Assembly: GCA_965250285.1 (NCBI GenBank)
Contig: OZ252299.1
Span: forward strand, 3,488,001-3,552,000
Length of the DNA: 64,000 nt
Origin: Myxococcota bacterium
GTDB lineage: Bacteria; Myxococcota_A; UBA9160; UBA4427
Direction of reading: 5' to 3'
Shown here: piece by piece, positions 39,106 through 49,664 of the stretch
Position numbering within the stretch: position 1 is the first letter of the stretch
Layout: each line of letters starts with the position of its first letter
Translations under genes and position numbers: made by a program
Notes under the pieces: generated by a model
What the model was told of the DNA's origin: nothing
The model's input: the letters and a program-made list of their open reading frames with translations, nothing else
Database searches by the model: none

Positions 39106-40022
39106 CCTGCGTTCTCTCCGAGCCAGGCCTGCAGGAGCCCCGCGTTCAACCGCGGCAGGTCGACGTCGCGCGCAGCCTCGATGGCCGCGCCCGTCGGCTC
39201 CATATGAGCCACCGCTCCCGAATCGAGGCGGATCTTCACGGGTTCGAACCGGCAGACGTCGGGTTCGACAAGGGTCATCGCGGCGAGCGGGTCGTGCAGG
39301 TGCACGCTCGGCCGCTTCGACTTGAATCGCGTGCGCTGCACCTCCAGCCACTCCGTACAGAGCCGCGCAAGCGCGCGCGCGAGCTCGTCGCCGCCGGCCA
39401 GTCGGCCCCACTCTTCCTCGGGCAGCAGCGTCCGCATGGTGACCTCGATCGGGACCACGCGCGGGGGCGCGAGGGTAGGGGGAGAAGCGCCGAGCACCGC
39501 CACGACCGCGTCGGGATCGCACCACCAGTTCCACTCGGGAATGTGATGCAGTGTGCCGGGGATCTCGACGTCGGCGAGCTTGCCCCCCATCACCGTCAGC
39601 GGCGGCAGCACGTGACCGGCCCGCGCGAGCGCACCGAGGTTCGTCATCGGACCGATGGCCAGGCACGCATCGGGCCGGGCGGTAGCGAGGGCCACCGCCA
39701 GCGCGTCGGTGCGCGCGGCCGGTTCGTCGTCGCGGTCGACCCGCATCCGAGGCGCGGCGTCGTCGAGGAGCCCGCGCCCTTCGTGCCCGAACATGTGGCC
39801 GGCCCGCTCGGCCGTGAGCGGCGCTCCGAGGCCGGTGACGACGGGCACGCCCTGCGCCCCGGCGAGCGCCAGGAGCGCTTCGGCGATGCGGGTGCGGAGC
39901 GCGACGTCGCCAAAGACGGTCGACACCCCGACGAGCTCGATATCGGGGTGTCGCAGCGCGTACGCGAGCGTCAGCGCATCGTCGACGTCGCTTCCAACAT
40001 CGGTATCGATCCAGAGCCGCAT
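39102..40022 (-). CDS. Nucleoside hydrolase (IU-NH family)
   Basis: IDTDVGSDVDD Ca-binding motif, IGPMTN, MGG, EWN..DP, LHDPL. Confidence 0.88.
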   Translation of the reverse strand: MRLWIDTDVGSDVDDALTLAYALRHPDIELVGVSTVFGDVALRTRIAEALLALAGAQGVPVVTGLGAPLTAERAGHMFGHEGRGLLDDAAPRMRVDRDDEPAARTDALAVALATARPDACLAIGPMTNLGALARAGHVLPPLTVMGGKLADVEIPGTLHHIPEWNWWCDPDAVVAVLGASPPTLAPPRVVPIEVTMRTLLPEEEWGRLAGGDELARALARLCTEWLEVQRTRFKSKRPSVHLHDPLAAMTLVEPDVCRFEPVKIRLDSGAVAHMEPTGAAIEAARDVDLPRLNAGLLQAWLGENAG

Positions 40023-40311
40023 GATCTGCCACCCGAGTTCGCGCCGGGGAGGCCAGCGCGCTTCGAGCAGCGTATTTGCTGCGCCGCCGGGTGTCAAAAT
40101 CCGACGGGCGCGCGCGACGAGCTCGACTCGGACGCAGCCGCGAGGTGTCGCGCAAGGCGATGGCCTGTGGTTCGATTGGGCGCGATGAAGGGTCTCGTCA
40201 CGCATCGCGCTCGTCGCTCGGCCGGCGCCCTACCGGCCCGGGCACGCGTTGGGCGCCCGACCCAACTCGCCGACGCGATCCGGCGGCCCCGCGCACACCC
40301 GAGCCATCGCT

Positions 40312-41889
40312 TTGGGTTCTGACCTCAACGAAGCACAGAAGAAGCGGCTCTTCACCGCGCTCACGGTCGTCGGCTGCTTTGTGATCATCGCAGGGCTCTT
40401 CGCGGTCGCCCTGCTCGCGCTCGGCGCACGCGGGCCCGCCACGCTCGGCGACGTCTGGACGCTGGCCGACGACCGAGACCGCGCCGAGCTGCAGAACTTC
40501 TTGCAATCGCAGGTCGGCGGCATCCACGACACCGTGCCCGATCCCGAGATCGGCCGGGTGCTGCAGCGCAACGTCACGAAGCCTTTCGGCGGCGTCGAGG
40601 TGCGAACGAACAATGCGGGGATGCGGGACGATCGAGCCTACGGCCCGAAGGCTGAAGGCACCTTCCGCATCATCGTGCTCGGTGACTCGTTCGCGTTCGG
40701 ACACGAAGGGCTCGAAGAAGACCGCGTCGGTGAACAGCTCGAGGCGCTACTGCGAGCGCACGCGACCGTGCCGGGTGACCTCGAGGTCGAGGTGCTGACG
40801 ATCGCCCAGGGCAGCTGGACCGGCGTGAACGAGACCGCGTACATGGTGAGCCATTTCACCGCGTATGACCCCGACCTCGTGATCGCGCTGCTGGTGCCGA
40901 ACGACCTCGACGACACCCAGGGCGTGCGCGGTTTCGGCGCCGTCACCAACTCGTTCAGCCCCGAGTACCGCGACGACGGCTCGACGTTCTTCTCCCTCGG
41001 CAACCCGGCCCACTACGGCTTTCGCACGATCAGTCTGCTCTATGGCGGTCTCGGCCCAGAGTCGATCCGGCGGTGGAACAAGGTATTCTCGGGCTTCGCC
41101 CGACTCGAGCGCGTCGTCGAAGCGGTCGACGCTCGCCTGCTTCTCACGGTCTTCGATCCATATGCGTCGATCGCCGATTGGAACCCGATGAGCCTCTGGC
41201 GAGATCTCGTGATTGAACACTACGACGGCGCGCAGCTGACCAGTCCGCTGCTCTTCGTCGACCCGTACCTCGAGCCCGACTCGATCGTCGGTGTGCACCC
41301 GAATCGCCGGGGCCACGCGACCCTGGCCACACACTACGCCCACGCGCTCGAAGCACTCGGCTGGATCGATGTGCAGGCCGACGCCCCTCTGCCGGTTGCG
41401 CACCCGGGCATGTCGATGGACATGCGACACGCGGCCGACGCCGATCGCATACGCCGCCTGCGCGCGGGCTGGGTCGATGCCCATCTGCGACCTCAGCTCG
41501 ACTTCACCCGCATCGACCGTGCGGCCGCGATGAGTATCTACGCGGGAGCTCTCCCCGACGGCGAGTGGATCTCGGCCGCGAGACGCATGGTCTTTCTGCT
41601 CGCGCGACCCGAGGCGGCCCACTCGATCGAGGTGCGCGTAGTCGTCCCGGAACGCCCCGAGCTGTATCCGTTCACGCTCGACGTTTCGGTGCAGGGCTAC
41701 CCGGCCGGACGCTTCGAGCTCGCCGACGTCGGTCAGGCCGGCGAGCACACGTGGCGTGCGCCTCTCCCAGGCGAGCTGCCGGCGTCGGGCGCACTCGAAG
41801 TCGAGCTGCGCGCGCACTCGCACTGGTCGACGATCGAGGACGCGACCATGCGCAGCTACTACCCCTTGCGCGTTCGACTCGTCGAGTGA
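40312..41889 (+). CDS. Membrane-anchored SGNH/GDSL hydrolase-family protein
   Basis: N-terminal TM, NNAGMRD, LGDSFAFG, PND, HPN; start uncertain. Confidence 0.75.
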   Translation: MGSDLNEAQKKRLFTALTVVGCFVIIAGLFAVALLALGARGPATLGDVWTLADDRDRAELQNFLQSQVGGIHDTVPDPEIGRVLQRNVTKPFGGVEVRTNNAGMRDDRAYGPKAEGTFRIIVLGDSFAFGHEGLEEDRVGEQLEALLRAHATVPGDLEVEVLTIAQGSWTGVNETAYMVSHFTAYDPDLVIALLVPNDLDDTQGVRGFGAVTNSFSPEYRDDGSTFFSLGNPAHYGFRTISLLYGGLGPESIRRWNKVFSGFARLERVVEAVDARLLLTVFDPYASIADWNPMSLWRDLVIEHYDGAQLTSPLLFVDPYLEPDSIVGVHPNRRGHATLATHYAHALEALGWIDVQADAPLPVAHPGMSMDMRHAADADRIRRLRAGWVDAHLRPQLDFTRIDRAAAMSIYAGALPDGEWISAARRMVFLLARPEAAHSIEVRVVVPERPELYPFTLDVSVQGYPAGRFELADVGQAGEHTWRAPLPGELPASGALEVELRAHSHWSTIEDATMRSYYPLRVRLVE

Positions 41890-41920
41890 ACCCAGTCGGG
41901 TGCTCAGCGCGGCTGCTGCA

Positions 41921-44233
41921 TCAGCCCACCGAGGCGGGGCCGGGGTCACCGGGAGCCGGCTTCGCATCCAGCTCGTAGTAGGCCCCGAGGAACGAGTCGT
42001 ACTCGTTGACGCACAGACGCTCGGCGAGATCGGCGGGTGCGGGGGGGACATCGAGCGCCAGCAGGCGGTCGTTGACGGCGGCCGCGTCGCGCATCAGCTC
42101 GAGCGCAAGCACTTCGCCCCATTTTGCCTCGGTGACGCGCTCGGCGAGGGCGCCGAGATCGAAGACGACGGGATACAGCCGTGCACGCAGCACGGAAGAA
42201 AGGGTGAAGCACCAGGTCTCGGGCGTGAGTGAGGGCAGGAGCGCGACGTCGCATCCGCTCTCGGCGATCACGCGTTCGGCCTCTTCGGGCCGGTACCGGC
42301 CCGACACCTCGACGCCGGCCTCTTCGGCGTCCGCGTCGTTCATCGTGTAACCAACGACCCGAAACCGGATCGGCAGCTTGCGGCGCCGCGCATCTTCGGC
42401 GCACTCGAGGATCAGCGCGTAGCCCTTCTGCTCCCCGATCGCGCCCGGCACCGCGACCCGGATCGGATCCCCGGGACGGCGGTTCGCCGGCGGCGCATGC
42501 GATGCCGAGGCCGGCAGCCGCTCCGGATGGGGCCGAATGCTGTACTCGACGTTCGGGAAGTAGCGCGCCATGCGGTCGGCGACGTCCCGGCTCGGACAGA
42601 TCACGCGACGCGCGCCGTCGAGCAGCGGCTGCCAGCTCGGGCGCCAGCGCCACATCGGGTAGTAGCCGTTCGGGCTGCCGAACGACGCGACGCAGCGCTC
42701 GCACTCGTCGATGTCCGGTTCGCCGCAGTAGTGCCCATCGGGCAGGTTGAAGTGCAGCCGCGGACACACCGGGGCGTAGTCGTGAAGCGTCAGGTCGTAG
42801 GCACAGCCGAGCCGCTCCGGCAGCGAGCGAATCCAGTCGGTGCCGAAGAGCCCGAACCCCCCCGCGTGATGGACGTGCACATGATCGACCCCGAGCAAAC
42901 CCAGCGCCTCGATCAGCTCGTCGCGACTCTGATTCATCGCGATGCGCTCCGAGTTCGGCAGCAGGTGTCGCTTGTTGCGCAGTCGCGGTCCGCGCAGCGT
43001 GACGGCTGGCGTCGCGTGATCTTCGTAGGGCTGCAGTCGAAAGACGTTCACCCCCTCGGCCTCGAGTGACCGCGTCATCAGGTCGACGTGCTGCTCGACC
43101 CCGCCGCCCCAGTCGTGCACCACCATCAGCACCGTGCGCGCAGGCTTGGCATGTCGCGCCGAGCGCCGAATGCGCGCGGCGTCGAGCCGCAGGCGCGCCG
43201 CGACCATCGGGTCTCGCGCGATGAAGCGCCCGACATCTCGCTCGTAGTCGGGGTAGCGATCCATCAGCCGCTCGAGCGCCCTGCGCATCTTCTCCTGCTT
43301 GGCGCGGCCGCGCCCGAACGAGACCGAGCCGAAGTGCGTGACGAAGACATCCGCGGCGAGGATGCTCGCAAACCCCGACTCGGCTGCGCGCAGGCAGAAC
43401 TCGTTCTCTTCACCGTACCCTGCTGCGTAGGCCGCATCGAAGTCGCCCACCTCGTCGAGGCAATCGCGGCGAATGTACAAGCAGAAGCCGACGCCCGTCG
43501 GCACGTCGAACGCAAGCCCGGCATTCACCTCGCCCGCGATCGCATCGAGCTCGGCGTGACTCAGCTCGAGCTGATTGGGGTTGTCTTCCATCCAGCGCGG
43601 ATAGCTGGCGAGCTCGCCGTTGTTCGTCAGCGGTGTCACCGTGCCGACCCGCTCGCCGCTGGGCGACGTTCGGCTCGCCGCGCGCTGCAGCCGCGCGAGC
43701 CAGTCGCCGTAGACCACCGTGTCGCTGTTCAACAGCACGACGTCGCGATCACCACGCAGCGCCATCCCTCGATTGACCGTCAGCGCGAAGCCGAGGTTTC
43801 GCTCGTTTCGGTGCAGCTCGAAGAGGCCGAGCTCGGCGAGATCGGCCAGCGCCGCACTGAGCTCGGCCTCGGGGCTCGCATCATCGATGACGACCAGGTC
43901 GGTGGTCGGGTCGGCATCGAGCACGCTGTACAGACAGGCGAGCGTCTCGTCGTAGCCCTTGTAGACCGGCACCACGACCGAGGGCGCACCGACGCCCCCG
44001 ACCGCCGCGGCACTTCGGCGCGCAGCGAGCGCCTGCCACTCGGTTTCGGCGGGGGCGGTGGGATCTTCGAGGCGTCGATTCAGCAGCTCGTTTCGACGCC
44101 ACTCGCGGTAGTTCGGACTCCACGTGAAGAAGCGCCCCGCCCGCCGATAGATCGCCCGCTTGAGCTGGCGCTTTCGCTCGGGGCCGAGCGGAACCAGTCG
44201 ATAGAGTCGGTTGATCAGGTAGTGGGGACGCAT
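41921..44233 (-). CDS. Bifunctional glycosyltransferase (GT2 plus GT4-like)
   Basis: VVVPVY, IDDASP, NLGF, LLNSD, GYGEE in the N-terminal half; HDWGGG, TLHDY, KG, PETWCFTLS in the C-terminal half. Confidence 0.88.
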   Translation of the reverse strand: MRPHYLINRLYRLVPLGPERKRQLKRAIYRRAGRFFTWSPNYREWRRNELLNRRLEDPTAPAETEWQALAARRSAAAVGGVGAPSVVVPVYKGYDETLACLYSVLDADPTTDLVVIDDASPEAELSAALADLAELGLFELHRNERNLGFALTVNRGMALRGDRDVVLLNSDTVVYGDWLARLQRAASRTSPSGERVGTVTPLTNNGELASYPRWMEDNPNQLELSHAELDAIAGEVNAGLAFDVPTGVGFCLYIRRDCLDEVGDFDAAYAAGYGEENEFCLRAAESGFASILAADVFVTHFGSVSFGRGRAKQEKMRRALERLMDRYPDYERDVGRFIARDPMVAARLRLDAARIRRSARHAKPARTVLMVVHDWGGGVEQHVDLMTRSLEAEGVNVFRLQPYEDHATPAVTLRGPRLRNKRHLLPNSERIAMNQSRDELIEALGLLGVDHVHVHHAGGFGLFGTDWIRSLPERLGCAYDLTLHDYAPVCPRLHFNLPDGHYCGEPDIDECERCVASFGSPNGYYPMWRWRPSWQPLLDGARRVICPSRDVADRMARYFPNVEYSIRPHPERLPASASHAPPANRRPGDPIRVAVPGAIGEQKGYALILECAEDARRRKLPIRFRVVGYTMNDADAEEAGVEVSGRYRPEEAERVIAESGCDVALLPSLTPETWCFTLSSVLRARLYPVVFDLGALAERVTEAKWGEVLALELMRDAAAVNDRLLALDVPPAPADLAERLCVNEYDSFLGAYYELDAKPAPGDPGPASVG

Positions 44234-44296
44234 CGAACCTGGGGCGGTGGGGTGGCCGGGATCGCGCGCGATGGCGCTCCGAGAGCGTAATCGATC

Positions 44297-44327
44297 GCGG
44301 CCCGCCCCGTCGCCCGGTGCGGGCCGC
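44297..44327 (-). terminator. GC-rich stem-loop right after the DUF5916 stop
   Basis: GCGGCCCGC / GCGGGCCGC 9-bp inverted repeat; no clear U tract. Confidence 0.3.
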
Positions 44328-44329
44328 CG

Positions 44330-46510
44330 CTAGAAGCGGAAGGTCCAGACGAGCTTGACGGCCTGCTCACCGCGCGCGGGGTCGAAGGTGCCTCGCTCCT
44401 GCTCGTCCCAATCCTGTGAGACGACGATCCAGAGGTCGTTGCCCGGGTTGACCTGCCAGCGAAAGATGCTCGAGAAGCGCAGTACGCGCGTCGAGCGCTC
44501 GTACTGTGCCGTGTTCGTCCAGCTGACTTCGGGCGTGAAGGCGAAGTTGACGTTGAGGCGCATCAGGCGTTTCACGAAGTCGCCCTCGGGCAGGTTGCCG
44601 TCGTCCTGCTCGTACTCGAACTCGAAGAACGCATACTTCGTGGGACGCAGCGCGATCGTCCCGATCAGCTGCAGCATGTCGCCCGAGAAGAAGCTGCCCC
44701 AGATGACCTCGGCGGCGACGCTCACCGGTCGCGCGTTGGCTGTGTCGAAGAGGACGCTGTATCGATTGAAGCGGTAGTCGCCGAGCGGGATGACGACGCC
44801 CGGATCGATCTCGAAGGGCTGGCGCAGCAACCGCTCATCGTTGTACGAGTACGAGAAGCGAAGCCCGTCGCCGAGCTGATTACGCAGCTCGAGCGGCACC
44901 CAGGTGACGCGCACCGTCTCGAGCTGCTGCTGACGGTCGGTGACGACGAGCCCGGTGACCGACGTGTCGATCGTGCGCAGGTATCCGCCCGGGCGCCAGC
45001 GACGTCGCCCGAAGGCGTCGTACTGCTGGATCCCGCGGCGAATCACGAAGCCGAGGCGGGGATCGAAATCCTGGCCGATCTGGGTGTACGCCAGCCTGCC
45101 GTTCCAGCGATCGTTTGGATACTCGAGCGAGACGCCGCCCGCCTGCACGTCGTCGCCGCCCTCGTTCGAGAAGGTGCGCATGTAGTAGGCGTTGCTGGTG
45201 AAGATCTGGCCGTTGCCGATGTCGCTGTTGTAGTACTGAAAGTCAGCGCCCACGAGACCATTCTTCGTCTCGTCGCTGGGGTCGCCCCAGGTGCCGATCA
45301 CGCCGATGGCCGACTCCTCGAGCACTCTGTACTGCGCGCGCCCCACGACGAGCTGAGTTCGGTCGATGCCTTCCTGGGCCGGCTGCGTCACGCCGAGACC
45401 GCCGAATGTGAGACGCCCGAGGCGCCCGGTCACCTTCGAACCGCCGCCGATCTCGAGGGGCTGCTCGTTCAGCCGGCCGATGCGGCGCGAGAAGAAGGGC
45501 TGGCCGTTGCCGCGAAGCCCGCCGAACTCGAAGATGCCCGCATCCTGCAAGAAGAAGTCGCGACGCTCGGGCAGGCTCGGGGGGAACCGCGTGAGGATCG
45601 TGCGCAGGTCGTCGGGCGGCGCTTCGATGAAGTTGGTGTTCATCGTGCCGAGGACCACGACCGACGGATAGACCTTCATCGCGACGTCGCCGGCTGGCTC
45701 GACGATCGACTGGCTCTCGGCCGAGGTGAGGTCGGGATCATCGATCGGCCAGGTGCGGTCGTGGCCGAGCGCGAGGCTCGGCTTCACGTCGATACCGGTC
45801 GCCTGCACGTCGCGAATGCCGTCGATCACGCCGATGCCGGCGACGTCGACGATGCTGCGATTCTGTCCCGGGTTGGCCCAGCGATCCTTCTCGTTCTTGC
45901 GCCGGATGATCCGCTCGGCCTCGAAGCCCCACTTCGCACTCTCGGCCGACATCGAAACGGTCTGAAACGGGATCGCGAACTCGGCGGTCCAGCCGAGCTC
46001 GTCGACGTGGGCCTCGGCGTACCAGATGCCGTTCCAGTCGCGCCGAAAGACCGAGTTGTTCTCGATCAGGGCGTCGCTGCGCGTGCCAACGGGGTTGATC
46101 TGAAAGAAGTAGGCGTTGCGGTGATCGAAGAACGTGTCGAAGACGAGGTTGATGCGATCGTCCGACGTCATGTCGCCATCGAGCACCATCTGCTTCGCGA
46201 TCAGCTTCTGCGGATCGGTGTCGTACATTCGAACGCCGACGTAGATGTAGTGATCGTCGAACCCGATGCGCATGTCGGTCGGCTCGGTGGGCACCGCCCC
46301 CTGCAGCGGCTCGCTCTGCACCATGGGCCCCATCGGCGGCAGCTCGCGCCAGATGGCCTCGTCGAGCCGCCCGTCGATCTCGGGAGGCACCGAGACACGC
46401 TCGAGGATCGCCGTGCGAGGGCCGATCGACTGCGCCGATGCACCGGTCGCTGCGAGAGCGACCCAGCTCGCGACGAGCGCGAGGCGGCGAAGCAGCAAAC
46501 CGGCGGGCAT
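44330..46510 (-). CDS. CBM9-like plus DUF5916-type outer-membrane protein
   Basis: Signal peptide; IDGRLDE..W, GWTAEFAIPF, ERRDFF, FFSRRIG; C-terminal beta-barrel signal WTFRF. Confidence 0.82.
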   Translation of the reverse strand: MPAGLLLRRLALVASWVALAATGASAQSIGPRTAILERVSVPPEIDGRLDEAIWRELPPMGPMVQSEPLQGAVPTEPTDMRIGFDDHYIYVGVRMYDTDPQKLIAKQMVLDGDMTSDDRINLVFDTFFDHRNAYFFQINPVGTRSDALIENNSVFRRDWNGIWYAEAHVDELGWTAEFAIPFQTVSMSAESAKWGFEAERIIRRKNEKDRWANPGQNRSIVDVAGIGVIDGIRDVQATGIDVKPSLALGHDRTWPIDDPDLTSAESQSIVEPAGDVAMKVYPSVVVLGTMNTNFIEAPPDDLRTILTRFPPSLPERRDFFLQDAGIFEFGGLRGNGQPFFSRRIGRLNEQPLEIGGGSKVTGRLGRLTFGGLGVTQPAQEGIDRTQLVVGRAQYRVLEESAIGVIGTWGDPSDETKNGLVGADFQYYNSDIGNGQIFTSNAYYMRTFSNEGGDDVQAGGVSLEYPNDRWNGRLAYTQIGQDFDPRLGFVIRRGIQQYDAFGRRRWRPGGYLRTIDTSVTGLVVTDRQQQLETVRVTWVPLELRNQLGDGLRFSYSYNDERLLRQPFEIDPGVVIPLGDYRFNRYSVLFDTANARPVSVAAEVIWGSFFSGDMLQLIGTIALRPTKYAFFEFEYEQDDGNLPEGDFVKRLMRLNVNFAFTPEVSWTNTAQYERSTRVLRFSSIFRWQVNPGNDLWIVVSQDWDEQERGTFDPARGEQAVKLVWTFRF

Positions 46511-46611
46511 CGCGGGATCGAATCATCGCCGCGCGTCCCGGTCAAGCGACCCAGGCCCGAGCGTTCAGCCGGGGGAAGCGGTGCGAGCAGCGCCCGTCGC
46601 CGCTTTGGCGC

Positions 46612-47640
46612 TCACCAGATTCTCCACCAGGGGCGCGAGGGCGGTTCGGCCGCCAGACACTTCGGGTGCAACAGCCGCAGGGCGAAGGCACCGTATCGCT
46701 TGCGCGCGGCGCCGCAGGCGCCGGGGTCGACCGGGCAGGTCAGATCCGTGCCCATCGCCTGCGATAGCTCGGCGATGCGCGCGTCGACCATCGCTTCGAT
46801 CTCGGGGGTTCGGTAGCTGCAGCAGTTCACGGCCTCGTCCCAGACCGGCGTGACATAGTCATCGAGATCGAAGCCGCGCACGACGCGAAACCTGCGCTCG
46901 CCGAAGAGCCCGAGGCGGCGACCACACTTCACATAGGGCCGGGCGCGTCGGCTGCGCTTCGCCAACGGGTCGGCGCCCTCCCCCACGAGCCGCGACCAGA
47001 AGCGCAGGCCCTCGAAGTTCGCCACGAGGTCGGCGTACGAGCGAACGCCCGTGGTATAGCGACCGAAGTACGTGTCCTCGGTGTCCTCGCCCCAGGTCAT
47101 CGCGGCATCGACGCCTTCGCCGTCGAGCTGCGACCGCTCGAAGTAGGCCCAGCCCTCGACGACGAAGTGCCCGATCTTGTCGACACCCATCACGGTATCG
47201 CCGACGCGCACGACGCTGCTGAGATCCTTCCAGTGCAGGCTCACGCCGTCGAGCAGACCGAGGTCGCGATAGATCGAGTCGCTGCGCAGCACGCGGCGCC
47301 GATCGAGGGTCTCGTCGGCATCGAGCGACTCGGTGATCGAGTGCCCGATGAAGGGCCAGGCGAAGGCGTCGCGCAGCGCGCTGCGAAGCGCGGCCACGTC
47401 GCAGACGCTCCCCGACTCGTTGGCTTGGTCGACCGCTTCCTGCAGCGCGGCGTCGAAACGCCGCTCGATGCCGCGCCGGGCATCGCGCAGCGGCTCATCG
47501 CGCCGCGTCACGCCGTCGATCTCGGCCGCCGCAACCGCCCCGCCCGCGCACACCACGAATGCGAGGACGAACCATGCGGCCAGGCCCCCTGACCGCCTGC
47601 GGCGTCTCTCGAGTGTCGGAGCCGATCCCATCTCGGACAT
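46612..47640 (-). CDS. Hypothetical secreted Cys-containing protein
   Basis: Signal peptide; GVDKIGHF, TTGVRSYADLVANFEG; Cys-rich C-terminus. Confidence 0.65.
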   Translation of the reverse strand: MSEMGSAPTLERRRRRSGGLAAWFVLAFVVCAGGAVAAAEIDGVTRRDEPLRDARRGIERRFDAALQEAVDQANESGSVCDVAALRSALRDAFAWPFIGHSITESLDADETLDRRRVLRSDSIYRDLGLLDGVSLHWKDLSSVVRVGDTVMGVDKIGHFVVEGWAYFERSQLDGEGVDAAMTWGEDTEDTYFGRYTTGVRSYADLVANFEGLRFWSRLVGEGADPLAKRSRRARPYVKCGRRLGLFGERRFRVVRGFDLDDYVTPVWDEAVNCCSYRTPEIEAMVDARIAELSQAMGTDLTCPVDPGACGAARKRYGAFALRLLHPKCLAAEPPSRPWWRIW

Positions 47641-47728
47641 TCTAGGCGAGCGCCCGGCCCGCCTGACGGCCGGGCATCGAACCCGGTACGCTGCGGCCGA
47701 CGTGCCCCTCCCACCCCGAGGTCCCGAC

Positions 47729-48520
47729 ATGCTCGAGCTCTACCACAACGCGTTCTCCAGCTGCTCGCAAAAAGTGAGGATCGTCCTCGGCGAGAAAGGC
47801 CTCGAGTGGAAGAGCCACGAGATCGACCTGATGGGCGGCGGTCAGCACGACCCCGACTACGTGAAGCTGAACCCGAACCACGTCGTGCCGACACTCGTCC
47901 ACGAGGGTCGTGTGCTGACCGAGTCGACGCTGATCAATGAGTACCTCGACGACGCGTTCCCGACCCCGTCGATGCGACCCGACGATCCGGTGGCCCGTCA
48001 CGCGATGCGCCTGTTCGTGAAGCACGTCGACGAGGGCGTCCACCCCGCGGCCGGCGTGCTCACCTACGGCATCGCGACGCGTCCGATGGTGATGGCCCGC
48101 CCCCCCGAAGAACGCGCAGCAGCCTGGGAGAACATCCCCGACCCCGCGAGACGCGCAGCGCGCAAGAGCGTGGTCGAGCACGGCGTCGCAGCGCCCGAGA
48201 TGCGCGGCGGGATCGCGTCGTTCATCGGCATGCTCGACGAGATGGAGAAGCGCCTCGCCGACTCGACGTGGATCGCGGGCGACGCGTTCAGCCTCGCCGA
48301 CGCCGCGGCCCTGCCCTACGTGCTCCGGCTCGAGCACCTCGCGCTCGGCGATCTCATCGCGGCGAGGCCCCGGGCCGCCGACTGGTTCGCGCGCATCCAG
48401 CAGCTCGACTCGTACCCGGCGATGATCACCGATCTTCTCCCCGAGCCGATCGTGGCGCTCTTCCGAAAGAACGCCGAAGACGTGAAGGGCGAGCTCGACG
48501 CGCTGATCGCGTCGCTCTGA
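47729..48520 (+). CDS. Glutathione S-transferase family protein
   Basis: SSCSQKVR, LNPNHVVPTL, ESTLINEYLD, FSLAD. Confidence 0.9.
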   Translation: MLELYHNAFSSCSQKVRIVLGEKGLEWKSHEIDLMGGGQHDPDYVKLNPNHVVPTLVHEGRVLTESTLINEYLDDAFPTPSMRPDDPVARHAMRLFVKHVDEGVHPAAGVLTYGIATRPMVMARPPEERAAAWENIPDPARRAARKSVVEHGVAAPEMRGGIASFIGMLDEMEKRLADSTWIAGDAFSLADAAALPYVLRLEHLALGDLIAARPRAADWFARIQQLDSYPAMITDLLPEPIVALFRKNAEDVKGELDALIASL

Positions 48521-48541
48521 ATCGACCCGCGCCGGACGTCT

Positions 48542-49561
48542 TCAGGAGCGACCGCTCGGCGGCCAGGGCACCCAGACCGAGGTGCGCTGCTGGTAGGCGC
48601 GGTAGTCGGCCTCCCGCTCGGGCACCGCGAGCATCCGGCGCTCGGTCATCACCGTCACACCGGCGAGCACCGCCGAGTTGAACGCCGTGCCGATCACCAC
48701 CCAGGGCTGTCCGCACATCACGCCGAAGCCCGCGATCGACCACCAGAAGAGCTGCTCGCCGAAGTAGTTCGGGTGCCGCGACCATCGCCAGATGCCGACG
48801 TCGAGCAGGCGCACGGGCGCTTCGCCCGCCGCGCGCCGCGTTTCGTTCGCCCGCATGAAGCGATCGAGCGTGCCGTCGGCCGCGTGCGCGACGCCGATGC
48901 CGGCGAGCGCCGAGGCGAAGAGCATTCCGTCGGCCGGGCCGAAAGGCACGTCGAAGAACGACAGCGCCCAGAATGGCAGTGACAGACCGACGAGCATCGC
49001 GTGCTGGGCGAGGTGCACGACGAAGAGCTGCTCCCACCAGAAGCCCGGTCGCTCGCGCCGCATCTTGGCGTAGCGCCAGTCTTCGCGCAGACCGAATCGC
49101 CAGCCCTCGCGGCGAAAGTAGTTCCAGGTGAGGCGCGTGCTCCAGATACCGAGCGCGAGCCACGCGAGCGCGAGGCGGGCCGCGTCGAAGTCGGCCAGCG
49201 GATGCGTCGCAAAGAAGAGCGCGATGAGCGGCGGCAGCAGCGTCCAGTATGGGTCGATCAGCCAGCTGCTCCGCTGCACGAGCGCGATCGCGAAGAACGC
49301 AGCGTCGAAGAAGAGCAGCACCATCAAGTTGATGCTCGCGATCGGGTGGTGCAGCAGCCACGCCGCGAGCGCGTCGGCATCGCCGACGTCGGCCCAGGCG
49401 GGGGCGGGGGGAATCGCGCCTTCCGGGAACCAGTGAAAGAGCACCCAGGCCGCGACGACGGGCGGCACGGGCACGATCGCTGCGATCGCGGCGTTGCGCA
49501 GGTTGTCTGGGCCGAGACGGGGCCACTGCGCCGTGTCGGGTAGGCCGATCTCCACGGTCAT
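48542..49561 (-). CDS. DUF1295 / steroid 5-alpha-reductase-like membrane protein
   Basis: IDPYW, REDWRY, GIWRWSRHPNYFGE, YQQRTS. Confidence 0.85.
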   Translation of the reverse strand: MTVEIGLPDTAQWPRLGPDNLRNAAIAAIVPVPPVVAAWVLFHWFPEGAIPPAPAWADVGDADALAAWLLHHPIASINLMVLLFFDAAFFAIALVQRSSWLIDPYWTLLPPLIALFFATHPLADFDAARLALAWLALGIWSTRLTWNYFRREGWRFGLREDWRYAKMRRERPGFWWEQLFVVHLAQHAMLVGLSLPFWALSFFDVPFGPADGMLFASALAGIGVAHAADGTLDRFMRANETRRAAGEAPVRLLDVGIWRWSRHPNYFGEQLFWWSIAGFGVMCGQPWVVIGTAFNSAVLAGVTVMTERRMLAVPEREADYRAYQQRTSVWVPWPPSGRS

Positions 49562-49664
49562 ACGATGGCACCTCCACGCACCGATCTCCATGCGCGCGGG
49601 CCAAACGACGACGGCCGGCACCCCGCTCGGGTACCGGCCGCCTCGGATCACTCGTGCACCGACG

